Shown here one piece after another: positions 22,979-35,408 of a DNA stretch of 64,000 nucleotides. Position 1 is the first letter of the stretch; every line of letters begins with the position of its first letter. The notes under the pieces are model-generated. The model saw only the letters and a program-made list of their open reading frames with translations, did not search any database and was not told where the DNA came from. The DNA is taken from contig CP120456.1 in assembly GCA_034226945.1 (NCBI GenBank), positions 744,001-808,000 of the forward strand, written 5' to 3'. Origin of the DNA: Picochlorum sp. SENEW3 (Eukaryota). A program made the translations under genes and the position numbers.

Positions 22979-24248
22979 ATGGATGAAGATACGATCAGCG
23001 CAGCAACGGTTCTTGAAGAATCAGAGCGTTTGTTGCATAAAACGTACGTTTTCTTCCCTCGTGTTTGTTAGCACCCCAACGCTGGGGGTCTCTTGTAAGT
23101 GCCCGAGTCATGGTTGGGTGACACTGTCGCATTGCAGGCGTGAGTTTAGTGGCCGAGTGGCTCGATTTGGAAATAAGTTAAGCTCGGAGATGGAGATTTT
23201 GTCAGATGATGCGAATCAATTGTATAAAGAAGTGGAAAGAGCATTTGCACATCAGGAACAGATCAAGATTGGTCTTGAATCAAGAGATTCTGCATCTTCC
23301 GAAGAGATGAGAAAGACCCAGGATTCTGCAGTCGCTTTAGAAAGTGCCCTGTCTATTTTTAACGGATATGGGCCCGGTGGGGATTTGAGAAAATATGTGA
23401 GCAAATTTTCCAAGAGGCCCCTGCTGCTGGACTGGTTTCATGGTCCCAGTACCCAAGTCGCGGTGCACCGCAAGGATCAATCGACAAAGTTGAAGGAGGA
23501 ATATAGGACATTTAGAAGTAATTGTGCAGTGATTATGTTTGTGTTTGCAGCTGTATTGCAATTGGGTGTCTCCAGGTCGGAAAAGATGAGGCTCCAAAAT
23601 GAGCAGCTGACAATGCTGCCAGTTGTGATGGCTGGTGTGCAGTTATTCTTGTGCTGGCTCCTATTCTTCTACACTGCTACAGCTATGCGGGAAAGCGTTC
23701 TCAAAGTTAATGGGTCGAGGATTCGTCCATGGTGGATACAGCATCACTACTGGTCAATGGCTACGTGTGTCCTGATGCTGAGTTTGCCAATAGACTCTCC
23801 AGCAGTGGTGAGGGCTTGTAGACAATTCTTATGGTGGGCTATGTTGCAAGGTGTTGTCATGATATTGCAAAATAGATATCAAAGAGGTCGAATGTATACT
23901 CGAATTGCGTTAGGAAAGTCAAGTGCCACGGATGTGATTGGGGGAGAGTCTAGTGGAAGTTTTGGGCAGCTCCATGTCCTGTATCCAGTTTTGTTCTGGA
24001 TGCAGATTTTGCAGTTTTACATCGGTATTGGGATGTTTTGGAGTTCTAAATGGTCCTGGCAAAGTTTGGAAGGATTTCTGGATCCAGAGCATCCCGGTTC
24101 CGATCTATGGGGAAGCAGGGGGGTGGCACTTGCTGGCCTCATGATGATGTATATGGCTCTGAAAAACTTCCAGAACACCATTGCTACAATTGTTGGGAAA
24201 AGAAAGAAGGTATCCAGGCATCCAAAAAAGGAGGAAAAGCGTTTCTGA
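22979..24248 (+). CDS. TMEM120/TMPIT-like membrane protein
   Basis: RESVLKVNGSRIRPWWIQHHY and QNRYQR..YTRIALG. Intron 23044-23137; alternative ATG at 22949. Confidence 0.87.
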
Positions 24249-24253
24249 GTACA

Positions 24254-25696
24254 TTACACGATGCTCAATCTAAATGGATCTTCCATGTTTGCTTTGAAGG
24301 CTTCTAAAAAGTCTGCTGCTGTCTGACCATCAAAAACTCTGCTGTCTGCAGAAAGGGTCACCGTCATTTCTGTCACAGACACTGGCATACCATCCGGACC
24401 TGGTTTTGCAACTTTTCGTCCACCACCTACAGCCATGATGGCACCCTGAGGGGGGTTGATGATGGCAGAGAATGAGTCAACACCAAACATGCCCAGGTTT
24501 GACACAGAGAAGGAACCTCCCTGATATTCCTCAGGCTTCAACTTGTTCTCCCTCGCTTTTGTTGCCAGTTCTCGCACATCAGCTGATATTTGAGATAATG
24601 ATTTCATATTTGCATTTTTGACTATTGGAGTAAAAAGCCCTCCTTTTGTGGCAACTGCTACAGACACATCAACATTACCAGCATGGACTGGCTTCCCTTG
24701 CTCTTCACTCCAAAACGAATTCGCCGCTGGAACTTGCTCCAAAGCCAACGCAGAAGCACGCAGTACGCAATCATTCACAGAAATTTTAATCCCGTTGGCA
24801 GCTAGTGATTTTCTCATTGCCAAAATTTTATCAAGCACCACATCTGCAGCAATATACATGTGGGGAACGGTTGTCTTTGACTCCAACAATCGCCTCGCGA
24901 TAATCTTTCTCATATTCGTCGTGGGAATATCAACATAATCTTTCTCTTCTTCTACATCTGGCTGAGCGACAGTCTCTACCGTGTGAGATTCTGATTCCTT
25001 GGCAGCAACCGGAGTAGAAGGCTGTGCAGGTGCACGCACAACCCCAGACGACACAGCCTCCAAAACATCCCCTTTTGTTATAATGCCTTTAGGTCCAGTC
25101 GCAGTAACACTTGAAGGATCCAACGCATGCAGCTCCATCAAAATCCGTGCTGCTGGGCTGGCTCTCCTCACATCACCTGCATCCTGTGACAATGCCCCTC
25201 CTTGGGCATCATCTCCTCCCGAGACCGTTTCCTCCTTCACAGATCCTATATCTGAGCTATAATCTTTGAACGCAGCAACATCCTCCGCCTCATCCACCAT
25301 AATAGCCACAACCTGTCCAACTTCAATACCCTGGGCACCATTTGGAACAAGTAACTTGGCAACAATCCCATCATCTTGGTTCTCCCAACCCAAAACAGCC
25401 TTATCCGTCTCTACCTCAGCCAAAACATCCCCAGCCGTGACCTCCTGACCCTCTTGTACCTTCCATTCTACCAAATTCCCCTGAGACATGGTCGGTGACA
25501 ACGCTGGCATTCCCAGTTTGGTATGAGAGGGAAGATCCGACATGTAACGCATCTGTACCATGCTGAAAACTATGGATCTTTCAATACAATTCACTGTCGA
25601 TGAAGAATCATGAGCCAACGGAATGCCAGAGGCATTCGTTTGCCAGGCAGCAAGGGCTTGCCTCCCAAACCTCAACCCACTCAGCAGCCTTCTCAT
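24254..25696 (-). CDS. Mitochondrial pyruvate dehydrogenase E2-like protein with single lipoyl domain; DSR motif suggests E3-binding-protein-like
   Basis: MPALSPTM..ETDKA lipoyl domain, ASPAAR..TGPKGIITKGDV peripheral subunit-binding domain, SNLGMFG; catalytic motif reads SADSRVFDG. Confidence 0.88.
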   Translation of the reverse strand: MRRLLSGLRFGRQALAAWQTNASGIPLAHDSSSTVNCIERSIVFSMVQMRYMSDLPSHTKLGMPALSPTMSQGNLVEWKVQEGQEVTAGDVLAEVETDKAVLGWENQDDGIVAKLLVPNGAQGIEVGQVVAIMVDEAEDVAAFKDYSSDIGSVKEETVSGGDDAQGGALSQDAGDVRRASPAARILMELHALDPSSVTATGPKGIITKGDVLEAVSSGVVRAPAQPSTPVAAKESESHTVETVAQPDVEEEKDYVDIPTTNMRKIIARRLLESKTTVPHMYIAADVVLDKILAMRKSLAANGIKISVNDCVLRASALALEQVPAANSFWSEEQGKPVHAGNVDVSVAVATKGGLFTPIVKNANMKSLSQISADVRELATKARENKLKPEEYQGGSFSVSNLGMFGVDSFSAIINPPQGAIMAVGGGRKVAKPGPDGMPVSVTEMTVTLSADSRVFDGQTAADFLEAFKANMEDPFRLSIV

Positions 25697-25918
25697 CTGT
25701 CACGTCGTATAAATTATATATAATTTCTCTGACCATGGCATCGATCGATGCTGGCGTCCATCTCAGAAACTCATCGTCCGAGTAGGTATTTAATACTTTA
25801 TTTAAGGACATTTTGCAGAGCACAATGTGCGTTTGTATTGTTCATGATCGACGCCAAGAGACTACAGAATTTACTTTAAACTATTTGATTTCCCATAGCA
25901 TAGGTACATGAGTCCCGT

Positions 25919-27933
25919 ATGATGTTATTATTGGAGTATTCGGTCGAAAGTGTGCCGGCTGGAGGGAGTGAGGTATATTCCCACACGTGCACTCTGCTGA
26001 AATCATACAGAAAGGAAGCAGCTGGGCATATATTTCATTATAAAGCATTGTTACAGCTTGGTCTGGTGTCAGGTAGGATTATTTACGGATTGTATGCGAA
26101 AGAATTCGAATGCAGGTCTGACATGCAAGGTGGAGACTTGACTGTGTTTCAGCGATTTATATACATTACATGGATGTAGATGGTGCAAAAGATGATGAAA
26201 ATGGGAAATGTGAGTCTGAAGGAGGGGATGGGCTGACTGAGACGTCAAGGGCAGCGAGTTCTGTGGACTTTTCTAGTATTCAGGGTGGTGATGAGGCAGA
26301 CCCTCGTCCAGCTCGTCACGGGAAGAAGAAGAAGCAGAAAAAATCTAAAAAGGCTGATCTGTATGCTCTTTTAGGGCTTCAGCATGAGCGATGGATGGCG
26401 ACGGAATCTCAAATTCGGTCTGCATACAGGAAGGCTGCCCTGGAGCATCATCCTGATAAGAAGAGGGCCAAGTCTGCGGGCGATTTAAAGGCGTTGCAGG
26501 AAAATGAGGAGAATTTTAAAGCTATACAGGATGCGTATGAAACTTTGAGTGATCCTGCAAAGCGCAGGGAATTTGATTCGCTGGATCCATTTGACGATAG
26601 TTTGCCTAATGAGTCTCAGGCAGTTGACCCAGATGACTTTTTCAAGCATTTCGGTGCTGCATTCAAAAGGAATAGTAAATGGTCTGTGAAGAAACCGGTT
26701 CCTGATTTGGGTGATATGGAGACTAAGGATGCGGATGTGGACGTATTTTATTCGTTCTGGTTTTCTTTCAAGTCGTGGAGAGAGTTTCCTCATCCAGATG
26801 AAGAGGATGTGGAGGCTGCCGAGTGCCGAGAGGAGAGGAGATGGATCGAGAGGCATAATGCAAAGTTGCGAGAAAAAGGAAGAAAGGATGAAATTCGGAG
26901 GATTAACGAGTTTGTTGACCTCGCTAATAGGGTTGATCCCAGGCTTGTCAGAAGGCGGCAAGAGGAGCGACTGGAGAAGGAGAGGCAGAAGGCTGAAAAA
27001 GAGGCAGCCAGGCAGCGTAGGATTGAGGAAGAAATTGCTGCTAAAGAGCTTGAGGAGAAGATAAGATTGGAGGAGGAAGCTGCGAAACAAGAAGCAAAGA
27101 AGCAGCGGCAAATTGAGAAGAAAGCACTGCAGAAGGAGCGGTCAAAATTGCGCAAGCTCACAGGCATACAATCGTCAGATGACATGTCTCCATGTGTTAA
27201 GTACCCCGTCGATGATGTCGAGCTTATTTGCTCCCAGATGGATTTGATGAGTTTGCAACGTCTGAATGCAGATCTTGTGTCTGAATCTTCGGAAGAAGAG
27301 AAACTACAGGTGTTGAAAACTGTCTTTGAAGAGGCGCTGAGCCTGGAGCAGAGCGACAAGAAGGCGAAAGAGACAGCGGCCAAGTCCGCGGTATTGGCAG
27401 CAAAGAAAGAAGAAAAAGAAGCATTGGAAAAAAGGCTGGCAAATCTTGATCAATGGACAGCAGAGGAAATCAGATTGTTGAATAAGGCATTAGACAAGTT
27501 CCCACCTGGCACGAGTCGGCGCTGGGAGACGATTCAAGGGTATCTCAGGACCCGTACCACAGAGGAGATTATTGATATGGTGAAATATGGATTGAAATCG
27601 GGAAAATATACCGCCCCAAGTGCAGAGTTGGTGATCAACGAGAAGAAAAAGGCAAAATCACAGACTCAAACTTCTGCCACTTTGAGACAGGAGAGTTTTA
27701 CAGATGTCTCGGTAAAACAGAGCGCTCCGGCAAAAGATGTCGACTCAAATGACTCATCACCATATAAGTGGTCCAAAGAAGAGGAAATGAAACTCGTCAA
27801 AGCGTTGAAGGAATTTCCAAAAACGTTGGAAGATAGGTGGGACAGAGTGGCAGCTGCGGTTGGAAGCAAGACAAAGGTTGCTTGTGCAATTCGCTTTAAA
27901 GAATTGAAAAAAAGTGTCAAAGCAAAAAAGTAA
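25919..27933 (+). CDS. DNAJC2: DNAJC2/MPP11/zuotin-like J-domain protein with two SANT/Myb domains
   Basis: HPD J-domain, FKSWREF, RWIERHN, two SANT repeats (WTAEE..RW; WSKEE..RW). Upstream exon 25919-26072 is joined by an intron starting at 26073 (acceptor at 26152 or 26179). Confidence 0.9.
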
Positions 27934-27989
27934 TAGAAGCTTAGTACCATAATATTTATTCTCATCCATTGGTAGTTTGGTGTAATAGT

Positions 27990-29564
27990 CTACAAAAAGC
28001 TTCTCAAAAATCGTCCAGCAAGCCTGCTAAGATAGGGACCTTTCCTTCTCATCAAATCCTCCCATTCCACAACCCTAGATTTCGAGATTAAGTGATTCCA
28101 TTCCTTCTCAAATGATGACTTCAATCCTTCATTCCTTGTGACAATGAACGCTTGAAGCTCCAAATCCCTGTTCAAGGATCGCCTGCCATAATTTGAGGAC
28201 CCAACAGTCAAAACCATAGGCTCTTGTCTATCAAAAGGTTTCCAGTACATTCCTTTCGCATGAAATTCTGAGTTCTCATGATGAAATTCCCTTAGAATTC
28301 TACTATTTTGGATGTAGTTACTGTATTGAGAACTTTTCTGCATTTTCCTCCACAATTTCTTCTCCAGGTACGAATATGCATGAGGAATATTGCTCGATAT
28401 CCCTTTCGATTGATAAAATCCATTTGATTCCATACTGGACGTGAGAATTGTCATTTTAATATTATGAGGTATCTGATGAAATGCATGCTCATAGGAGGCA
28501 GAGAAATTCATGTAAGGAGTAGCAATCCAAAGCTCTCCTGCCATGGGGCCATCTACTTGCCGAGCGTAGTGAGCTAAATATCGTAGAAACCCCAGAGTAA
28601 GCACTTCATCCTGGCGAACTCTCGCGAATCCTGCTTGAAATGTAGGAAATATAAGGGTGTCAGATACCTTAGACATGTCACCCGACATGCACTCCCTCAT
28701 GTCATCTACACCGAATCCAACATGCCCAATGCGGTACTTGTGAGGAAATGCAACCTTGTACAAATGCTCATCAGTCTCCTTTGGGAGTATGATTCGTTCC
28801 AAACGCGCTCTCAAATCACTGCAGAATATATATGGCTGCAGAACAGGGTCATACACAGGCCTTTTCAAAACAAAACCTGTCGTGGCCTTCATGCCATACT
28901 GAGGCACCAGTTCTTGGGGAGATACAGCACTCAGAGCTTTCCCGCCCTCCAGAGCTGGAACAATAACCTGGTATGAGCTCTTTATTATCTCATTAAATAC
29001 ATTCAAAACAAAATTCGCAAGTTCTGGAGCATTCTTAAACAGTATATATCTGTCCTGACGATTTGTGAAGTATGTCTCACTTAGGTTTGCCCCAGACAGC
29101 AAGACAGAATCATCAAAAACATACATCTTCATATGCTGTACTCCAACAATCTCTCGTATCCTAACAGGAAGAGCTCTGTGTATAATACCCCTCAGTAAAG
29201 GAGAATGAAACAAATGCATCTCAATTCTGCCTTCCTCCCCACTCTTGTCATCACTATGGAAGAGCCTCTTCAGTATAGAGTCGACAGATGATGGTCCATT
29301 CCTCTCCACAGGCCTCAGCGCTCGCTGGGCATCAAATAAAATGCGAATGTTCACCTTTGACTCCTGAATGCAATCCCATAGAGTTTCTTCCTCCGCCTCC
29401 CCCATGCCACAATACAGGGCACACAGTGTAACATCTCTCTTTGCATGCTTTATTCCATTACAAAGACACTGCAGAAATTCGGTTGGAGACTCCAACACCT
29501 CGATATTTCCAGCATCGATAGGAAAGCTTCGCGACAGTGACCCAAGCAATGCTTCAACGCCCAT
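27990..29564 (-). CDS. PGS1: PLD-family phosphatidylglycerophosphate synthase (PGS1-like)
   Basis: QHMKMYVFDD..SGANLS..YFTNRQDRY and FHAKG..GSSNYGRRSLNRDLE (two HKD-like motifs). Confidence 0.88.
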   Translation of the reverse strand: MGVEALLGSLSRSFPIDAGNIEVLESPTEFLQCLCNGIKHAKRDVTLCALYCGMGEAEEETLWDCIQESKVNIRILFDAQRALRPVERNGPSSVDSILKRLFHSDDKSGEEGRIEMHLFHSPLLRGIIHRALPVRIREIVGVQHMKMYVFDDSVLLSGANLSETYFTNRQDRYILFKNAPELANFVLNVFNEIIKSSYQVIVPALEGGKALSAVSPQELVPQYGMKATTGFVLKRPVYDPVLQPYIFCSDLRARLERIILPKETDEHLYKVAFPHKYRIGHVGFGVDDMRECMSGDMSKVSDTLIFPTFQAGFARVRQDEVLTLGFLRYLAHYARQVDGPMAGELWIATPYMNFSASYEHAFHQIPHNIKMTILTSSMESNGFYQSKGISSNIPHAYSYLEKKLWRKMQKSSQYSNYIQNSRILREFHHENSEFHAKGMYWKPFDRQEPMVLTVGSSNYGRRSLNRDLELQAFIVTRNEGLKSSFEKEWNHLISKSRVVEWEDLMRRKGPYLSRLAGRFLRSFL

Positions 29565-29832
29565 CAAATCTGATGTCCAGAACAGCAACAACTACTAGAG
29601 TATAGGTTTTTTTACCTAAACGAGAGCCCAGTGCTGTCATTCAGGCATGTAATTGAGGTATCTATGAACGCACATACAAGCACCCTAAAGAAATACACTG
29701 CAAAATTCAGTATTTTTCTGAATAGCAACATAGAAAAGAACTGATTACAGCGCCTTCTTCCAGAAACCAATATTCGAATATTGCGAATTCGCATCTAATC
29801 TCTATTTACGGAATCTGTCTGAGGCGATTAAG

Positions 29833-29979
29833 TCCGTTCGACAGTGAGGCGTTATACGCACTTTTCTCCCTCTATAGTGTATTATACTGTATACAATAAA
29901 TATATTCTTAATTCTTATTGCATTTTACATCGTTTGATATAACTTTGAGGCAATATGATGCAGTATACGCGGAGAACGA
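29833..29979 (+). repeat. Left (sub)terminal inverted repeat of the MULE
   Basis: TCCGTTCGACAGTGAGGCGTTATACGCA... is the reverse complement of the right end. Confidence 0.92.
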
Positions 29980-30164
29980 AGCGAATGTTTCCAGGGCGAT
30001 TCTGCATCCACGGTCCAGACATGCTTTTGATAGGTGTAGAAGGGAAAAGGAGATTCCGACGGTTGGTTACATGCGCAGAATCGTCACCACGTCGTCCACA
30101 CTAATTTATATTTCTTAACAATTCTCACGTGTACTTTATCACGTATAATAATAATTATAACCAG

Positions 30165-32914
30165 ATGTAGGGCTGGTAGAACGCCTGCGCGATTCCGCAG
30201 AAGTCACCAACGAACATCGGGCGGTTACTCGCACGATGAACGAGTATATCGGTGCGTTGGCATGGTTGGGCCATTAATTGTGCTTTAAATATACTAATAC
30301 ATGATTTCTGGTGTGCAGACCTGATTGATAAATGGGAACGGGAGCGCACAGATGAGCCAACGGTTTCCGATGGTGGACTGTCTCGTGTCACCAAGATTTC
30401 AGATGATATGGTGTATCAACGACTCATAAATAAAGAGAAATTATTGGAGAAACGTGTGTATACGTGTCACCGTGGCAAGAAAAGAACTAAAGCAAGGAAA
30501 TCAGCGGACAGTAGGCGTCCCGTGGAATCCAAGAAAGATATTGCCTGTCAGTACGAAATGTGGGGTGTGCGATTCGCAAGTGAGCCTTCAAGTATGTATT
30601 TTGTCACAATGCACGGTCACACTGGACACGAGCCCGCCACTGACTATAAGGAGATGAGATGGCTTCGATCAAATGATCAAACCATCGAGAAGATTTGCTC
30701 ACCGGTAGGTCCTGTCTAGCGATTGAACCAGATTTGTAGACGTTATCCTACAAAAAATCGTTTCTTTACCTGTGTAGCTGTTTGATTACATGACGCCTGG
30801 GCAGATTCTGGACCAACTGACGAAAAATGTTATTCCAGGCGACTTTTCAAACCCACTTTCCACGTTGACAATACCCCACATCACAGCAATCCAGAGGAGG
30901 TATTGGAGGAAAACACGCATATCTGAGAAAGACGCGGATGCTGTCCGTATGATGATACAATCGGATGAATTTCCTTTGCTATCTTGCTCTGATAGGAATT
31001 TGCAACAAAGCTCCCGGCCAGAATTCTCACAGTTTGACCCATCTGGAAAATTCCACATTGCAATCAGTTCTCAGTGTCAGGCGTTAATGCTCAAGAAATT
31101 TGGAGACCTTGTTTTCCTCGATACGGTCCATGGAATGACAAAGTATGGGTATTATAACATGGCAATGTTGGTCATGGATGAATTTGGTCACGGATTTCCT
31201 GTGGCTTTCATGCTTTCAGGATATGAGACTGCTGCAGACTGGACATTTTTTATCAAAGCTGCTTTCCAAGTACGTACATTGCATGCTACACCCGTAGTCC
31301 AGTTGGCTAATACTCTTTTGTGACTGCTGCAGAAAGCAGGAAGAGATCCATCAAAGACGACATTTATGATTGACAAAAGTTCCGCCCTCATAGCGGCAAT
31401 TAAGAATGTCGGTGCAAATTATCTGCTCTGTATATTCCACATGATGCAAGAAATAGATCGTCGTTTGAATGAGTACATCGCGGGACTGGGGAAGGATGAG
31501 AAAAAGGCACTAAAAGGTCAAATACACAAGGGTATCAGAGACCTGCGCAGATTTGAGGATGGCGGCATGTTTCGGATAAAAAGTGAAGATTTCAAAACTT
31601 CTCTCAAATCACATCCTTTAGGGAAGTGGAATGCCGAAGCATTCGTCTCGTACTACCAAAAGAATTGGGAGGCATGCGCTGATAAGTGGGCAGCTATGGA
31701 AGAGCAGAATTCAAACATTTGCAGCAAGATACAAACAATTTGATAGAATCTTTCTTCAATCAATTGCGCAGCAGATATTGTAGGAGGAAAAAGACTAGAT
31801 TAGACGAGTATTTAAGCGTATTGGTCACCAAAGTGATTCCGCAATATCTGAGGAAAAGGGCCAACATGCAGGCAGGAATTGTGAGATCAAAAATGAGGAA
31901 CAAAACACGAGAATAGAATCCAAAGTGATCCAACTAGTTCAAAAAGGAAAATTTAAACTGGTTGACTATTCCATCGGTCAAGGATATGTGCACTATGAAC
32001 AGAATGGGAAAAACTTTTCTGAATGGTTCTGCATGGCTGAATTGTCATGCACTTGCCACAATCATTCTGGAGCCTGCGTCCACATAGAAGCAGCTTGGAG
32101 ATATTTAAACTCTCAAAATCGAGATTTAAAGTATCAGACTTTGTTCAACCATGCTCAATACCTTCGGGAAAATTCTCTGCTCAAGATTGTTGAACCATCG
32201 ACGCATCATGAAGTCGTTGCTGGGACGGACTGCGTTATCACGCACGAGGCTGATTCGTTGCGATCGCAATTCAGAGAAACTAGAACGAAGTTCTACATTG
32301 ACGCCCACAGGGGCATGTGCACTTGTCCAATGTTTGTGCGCTCAAAAGTCTGTCCCCATGCCTTGGCTGTGCTCACAGAAGCATCTCAGGGTGATCCTAA
32401 CGTTCAGATCGATGGAGAGGCGACTATTCCCGCACAAATTTTTCAACATCCCAGACACTGCAGCAACAGAGAGACTGAAACCGATCAGAAGATATCGGAT
32501 TTGGCCAAAGAGGAGTGTCAGCAGTTTCAAATGCTACCACGTGCTGGATTTGAGGTCGACTTCGAGAAGGAATCCGTGAGTGAGTGCAATAAACTAATGC
32601 AAATATGTCGGCGTATACCTATAGAAAATCAGGGCAAAGCTTGTGCCATCATACAAGAACTGCGATCACGTCTGGAAGAACTCTCCCCTCAACTGCCACT
32701 GAATTTCACACAAGAGACAGTTACAGTAGAGAAGAAGCAAAAGTTTTCAAGATGTAGTACAGATCGAAAATTCAAGCCCCTGTTCCCCAGTAAAAGCGGA
32801 AGCCTAGTTAATTTATCGAATCAAGCGAGCAACCTGATTCGACAGCACAGAGAACCTCATGCACTTTCCTCCTCATTTTTTCGGCAGTCTGGCTACCGAA
32901 CTCCCATTGGTTAA
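30165..32914 (+). pseudogene. MULE transposase with WRKY/FAR1-like Zn finger, DDE domain and two SWIM fingers; two apparent frameshifts; 5' end uncertain
   Basis: CHRG..C..HTGH; FLDTVHG (D), MIDKS (D), CIFH, TNNLIESF (E); SWIM CTC..C.H twice. Introns 30252-30318, 30705-30777 and 31270-31332 are all in frame. -1 frame changes near 31693 and 31910. Confidence 0.85.
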
Positions 32915-35080
32915 TAAGAGAAATAACGTCAGATTTTCCAAACGGTTGAGATTGGCATTCAATAGCATTGACAAATGATCGAATGCAAGCAAGGGTGAAG
33001 GGTCCACAATCATACGAATTGTGCTGTTGGGGTGATTGCGGTACTTCAACGTGCAAATTTTCGTATTGAACATTATCCCCGCATTCAATGTACTTTCCCG
33101 CCAGTAGGAAAAGACGTATATTATCAATTTCGATACGATCAGCACTGTAACTTCCTTTCGACATGGAATCCAGGTGAAGAACAAATGTTTCTTGAGGGTC
33201 CAGTGGGAATGCAATGAGAAGAAGGCTCCAATGAAATCCTGTGCCAACCGGGAGCAAGAGAAATTCCGAATTGAGTGGTATTCGATTCCATAGATTTTTC
33301 ATACGCATGAAATCTCCTGTGGCACTCTCTATGGATCTGTAGACATAGGTCTGACAGACCCATACATATTGTTTAGGGCTGTTTAGATCCATGCACTTGT
33401 AAGTGTTTGCCAACCGAGTGTTACTCCACCAAATGTAAGCATCGATATCCCAATCACAGAACCAAACAGAGAAGTTTGTATTCAACTCCTCCAGGCGGTC
33501 ATTTAAATAGCCCTTATGTACGGTAGAGTTCAACAAAGCAAGCCTGCAATACTCCTCAACCCTCCTCAAACCTTCTTCCTCACTAGAGCTTCCTTCTTTT
33601 TCGTATCCTTCGTGTGAATCCTCATCTGCTAGGGCATCAAAATTTCTTACATACTTAAGGATTATCTGGAACCCTTGGCCCTCTTGAAGAAAATACTTGT
33701 TGACTTCCTCCTGACATTCCATTGGATTGCCTTCAAACGGAACACATAGGGTCTCACGTGCCCCATGCGTCACCAAATCACTAGAAGTTAAGCTATGCAA
33801 AAGTTTCCTACTGAATTTGCGAACTTCCGCCCGTGGGCCATCCAGAAGCACTTCACAAAAAGATAGATTATACGCCCTAATGGTACCTTGCTTCCCGATG
33901 TATGTCAGGTCAGTCGCCCCCATGACAACTACCCGTTCTCCCACAGTCTTTGGTTCGACTCTTCTTTTCACGGGGGTTACAATCAAATTTGATTGCTGAC
34001 AACGCCTCAACTTTGCCTGCTGATCGCCTTCCCATGCAACTTTGGCCTCACCATGTGCTTTGACAAACTCCTTCACAACACCGATTCGCTTGTTGTTTAC
34101 ATTGTATACCGTGGTCCCTACTTCGATTTTATTATGGTCCTGCTCAGGAATGAAATCGGGGAAGGCTATTTGTGAGTCATGCACTGCAGCATGCATGTAG
34201 CCTGCACAATTGCATTCATGCAGACGGGGAAGCAGTGCGCCAATGTAATACTCGGCACTGTCCCTGATCAGCATCCCAAGATTATCACCTTCTTCTATAC
34301 GTATCACGTTTTGCTGGGGTCCACTTGGAGTAAGGCAAGTCGCGATGAGAGTTGGATTGAGGCTACAATACTCCCCTTGCCCTTGTTTCATGTGGTCTTC
34401 TATTAGAAAGAGGTGTAATTTGGCCTACGCATAAATATCTACTCAGCAGGTGGATTCCATCAATTTAATACGCCACTCACTGCCTTACCTGAAGCCAGAC
34501 ATGCTCTGGTACCCTTCCTTCCCCGAGATATTCATTGAAAAATTTGAAAAAGACGAGGTCATTCCCTTCCGCCATGCGTGGAAGATGCTCAACTGTCGTT
34601 GTCACCCAAGGCTTCTCGCTATAAAATAAATTCCTTGGAAATTCATCGACAGACTTGCTGGCATCAAACTCGGTGTCACTCTGCGACCAACCCAAACAAA
34701 TGAAAACAGTCTCCTGCAACAGTTTCCCTCTTGTAAAAAGCGCACCATGCGTGCTGCCTCAAGCAACAAGCGGCAGTACTCCTCATTGGATCTCTTTTCT
34801 GCAAGTTTCTGGTCTTTATCCGACATCTTTGTCGTGTGCGATACTTCTTTGGATCCTTAATCGACAAAAGGCCTGGTATGTCGTCCGTGTCAAGAACGCA
34901 TCGATGCAGGCTTTCCCATTTCTCAGAATATTTCTTCACGTCTTTATGAAGTCTCTCTGCCCATTTGCTCTTGTTGAGTCCATGTCCACGAACCGTGTCC
35001 CGAAGACATTCGCACAAATTTTCAAACCCAAGAGCAAGCTGAACTTCCAGATCAGTGGGCTCCAACGTCGTTATGGTCAT
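32808..35080 (-). CDS. Transposon-borne Ulp1/SENP-like (C48) cysteine protease with KOW/SH3-like repeats; upstream exon appears frameshifted
   Basis: HWSLL, HLDS and QQHNSYDCG give the H-D-Q-C catalytic set. In-frame intron 34425-34488 links ORF 32808..34391 to 34489-34719; further upstream ORFs (34602..34826, 34676..35080) are in shifted frames. Confidence 0.8.
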
Positions 35081-35261
35081 CTTTCACATCTGTTAGAATG
35101 ATAAGTTGGCCATGGCAAACTGAAAAGGAGACAAAGAATGTAATTGATAGAGATCGTTGCTGTTTCAGTGCAAGCCTTTGGCCAATAATGCGCTTCAGGC
35201 ATCTACTCCCATCAACGGATGGAGACGACCGGGCAAACGGAGCCATTTCCACTCGATAGCC

Positions 35262-35408
35262 TCGTTCTCCGCGTATACTGCACTATATTTGCTCAAAGGT
35301 ATATCAAACGATGTAAAATGCAATAAGAATTAATAATATATTTATTTCAGTGAATATAATGCACTATAGAGGGAGAAAAATGCGTATAACGCCTCACTGT
35401 CGAACGGA
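35262..35408 (-). repeat. Right (sub)terminal inverted repeat of the MULE
   Basis: ...TGCGTATAACGCCTCACTGTCGAACGGA complements the left end. Confidence 0.92.
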
